This document shows, piece by piece, positions 62,934 through 64,000 of a DNA stretch of 64,000 bases (position 1 is the first letter of the stretch; each line of letters opens with the position of its first letter). The DNA is taken from the NCBI RefSeq assembly GCF_963921235.1, contig NC_086097.1:13020001-13084000 (forward strand), given 5' to 3'. A program made the translations under genes and the position numbers. The DNA is from Mobula hypostoma. Lineage: Eukaryota. The notes beneath the pieces are model-generated. The model was not told the origin of the DNA. It made no database searches and was given only the letters and a program-made list of their open reading frames with translations.

Positions 62934-63248
62934 TAAGAATAGGCATCCGTTAGTCTTGCAAGACCAGGGATCTGTGCCTGGAAAGTCTTCACTCTCCATC
63001 CAGGGCGCAGGCCTGGGCAAGGTTGTATGGAAGACCGGCAGTTGCCCATACTGCAAGTCTCCCCTCTCCACGACACCAATGTTGTCCAAGGGAAGGGCAT
63101 TAGGACCCATACAGCTTGGCACCAGTGTCGTTGCAGAGCAATGTGTGATTAAGTGCCTTGCTCAAGGACACAACACGTTCCCTCAGCTGGGGCTCGAACT
63201 CACGACCTTCAGGTCGCTAGTCCAATGCCTTAACCACGTGCTCTCACA
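62934..63248 (-). mobile_element. tRNA-derived SINE, same family as 44794-45110
   Basis: 13-bp TSD ATGAATGAAATCA at 62921-62933 and 63249-63261; B box GAGTTCGAGCC. Confidence 0.85.
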
Positions 63249-63755
63249 ATGAATGAAATCACACATTACTATAAATACAAGATTCAGTTTTAGAAACAGA
63301 ATACACCTGTACCACAAATTATATTATGACCAATCAGTTATTGCAGACAGGACAATCCATAATAACTGTCCGGATAATATATTACAGGATAAACAAGCAA
63401 GAGCAACTTATTTAATAGATGCAACTGTTCCAAACATACATAATTTACAGAAATCACTAAGTGAAAAACACCAGAAATATGCTGAAATAAAAAAGGAAAT
63501 TGAAAGACTATGGGACATGAACAGGGTATGCATTATTCCAATAGTAATATCCACAACTGGTATCATCCCAAAGGGACTACACAATATCATTAAACAAATA
63601 GGGCTACACAGCAATATCTATGTAATTCTTCAGAAAGCCACAATAGTAAACACCACTAGAATAGTCTGAAATTTCCTAGCGATTGAGAAATGAGCATCAT
63701 ACATCAAAGTTGCTGGTGAACACAGCAGGCCAAGCAGCATCTATAGGAAGAGGCG

Positions 63756-63789
63756 CAGTCGACGTTTCAGGCCGAGACCCTTCGTCAGG
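63756..63789 (-). ncRNA. Minimal hammerhead motif in a Penelope-repeat insertion (about 63696-63789)
   Basis: Minus strand C-CTGACGA-AGGgtctcggCCT-GAAA-CGTC-GACTG; core intact, 5' arm of stem I truncated. Confidence 0.6.
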
Positions 63790-64000
63790 TTCTACCAGTT
63801 GAGAAAAAAAAATAATAAATAAGTAAATAAATAAAATTGAGAACATGAGTTATAAAGTCCTTGAAAGTGAGTTCATAGGTTGTGGAATCAGTTCAGTGCT
63901 GAGCTGAGTGAAGTTATTCACACTGGTTCAGGAGCCAAATGGTTGAACTGTTCCTGAATCTGGTCATGTGAGGACAGAGGCTCCTGTACCTCCTTCCTGA

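Larger units (their letters stand above)
62915..63810 (+). mobile_element. R4/Dong-type element 3' end, copy 3 (RLE domain)
   Basis: ORF 63253-63669: DRTIHNNCPDNILQDK..TYLIDATVP..SEKHQKY..IPIVISTTGIIPK..LQKATI. Confidence 0.85.
62746..64000 (-). mobile_element. Rex1/Babar 3'UTR host (62746-62914 and 63811-64000) carrying Dong copy 3
   Basis: GTTCAAAGCAAATTTATTATCAAAG.. | ..TTGAGAACATGAGTTATAAAGTCCTTGAAAGTGAG. Confidence 0.75.

Noticed and set aside
1..64000. CRISPR arrays, operons or prokaryotic defence systems
   Set aside because: The sequence is vertebrate repeat-rich DNA with no regularly spaced repeat-spacer array or gene-dense region.

Overview
This is eukaryotic, repeat-saturated vertebrate DNA. 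The mix of HE1-like V-SINEs, CR1, Rex1/Babar, Penelope, RTE and a Deu-domain SINE points to a cartilaginous fish, probably a ray; that taxon is an inference. I recognise no host protein-coding exon, rRNA, tRNA gene or CRISPR array, so the window looks intergenic or deep-intronic. Every long ORF in the track belongs to a transposon or is a chimera across repeat junctions. Contents: many CR1 and Rex1/Babar LINE pieces, including one young uninterrupted RT ORF at 25214-26231; Penelope-like elements; three R4/Dong-type RLE retrotransposon copies; RTE pieces and RTE-derived non-autonomous elements; a 3'-truncated Gypsy element with 5' LTR and tRNA-Leu PBS; solo LTRs; Tc1/mariner and hAT-type MITEs; and microsatellites. 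Best leads: (1) all three Dong-like copies sit in the same TAA-rich tract of one LINE 3'UTR family, in the same relative orientation; (2) Penelope terminal repeats carry minimal hammerhead-ribozyme motifs, some in ~100-bp TSD-flanked insertions; (3) an old ~650-bp non-coding tandem duplication at 47.6-51.2 kb; (4) a composite two-MITE element; (5) unique islands with enhancer-like motif clusters (3x NK-2 plus FOX; MEIS plus PBX-HOX). I cannot demonstrate a wholly new system. Repeat boundaries are approximate (about 20-30 bp) unless a TSD is quoted, and family names come from motif recognition, not a database search.
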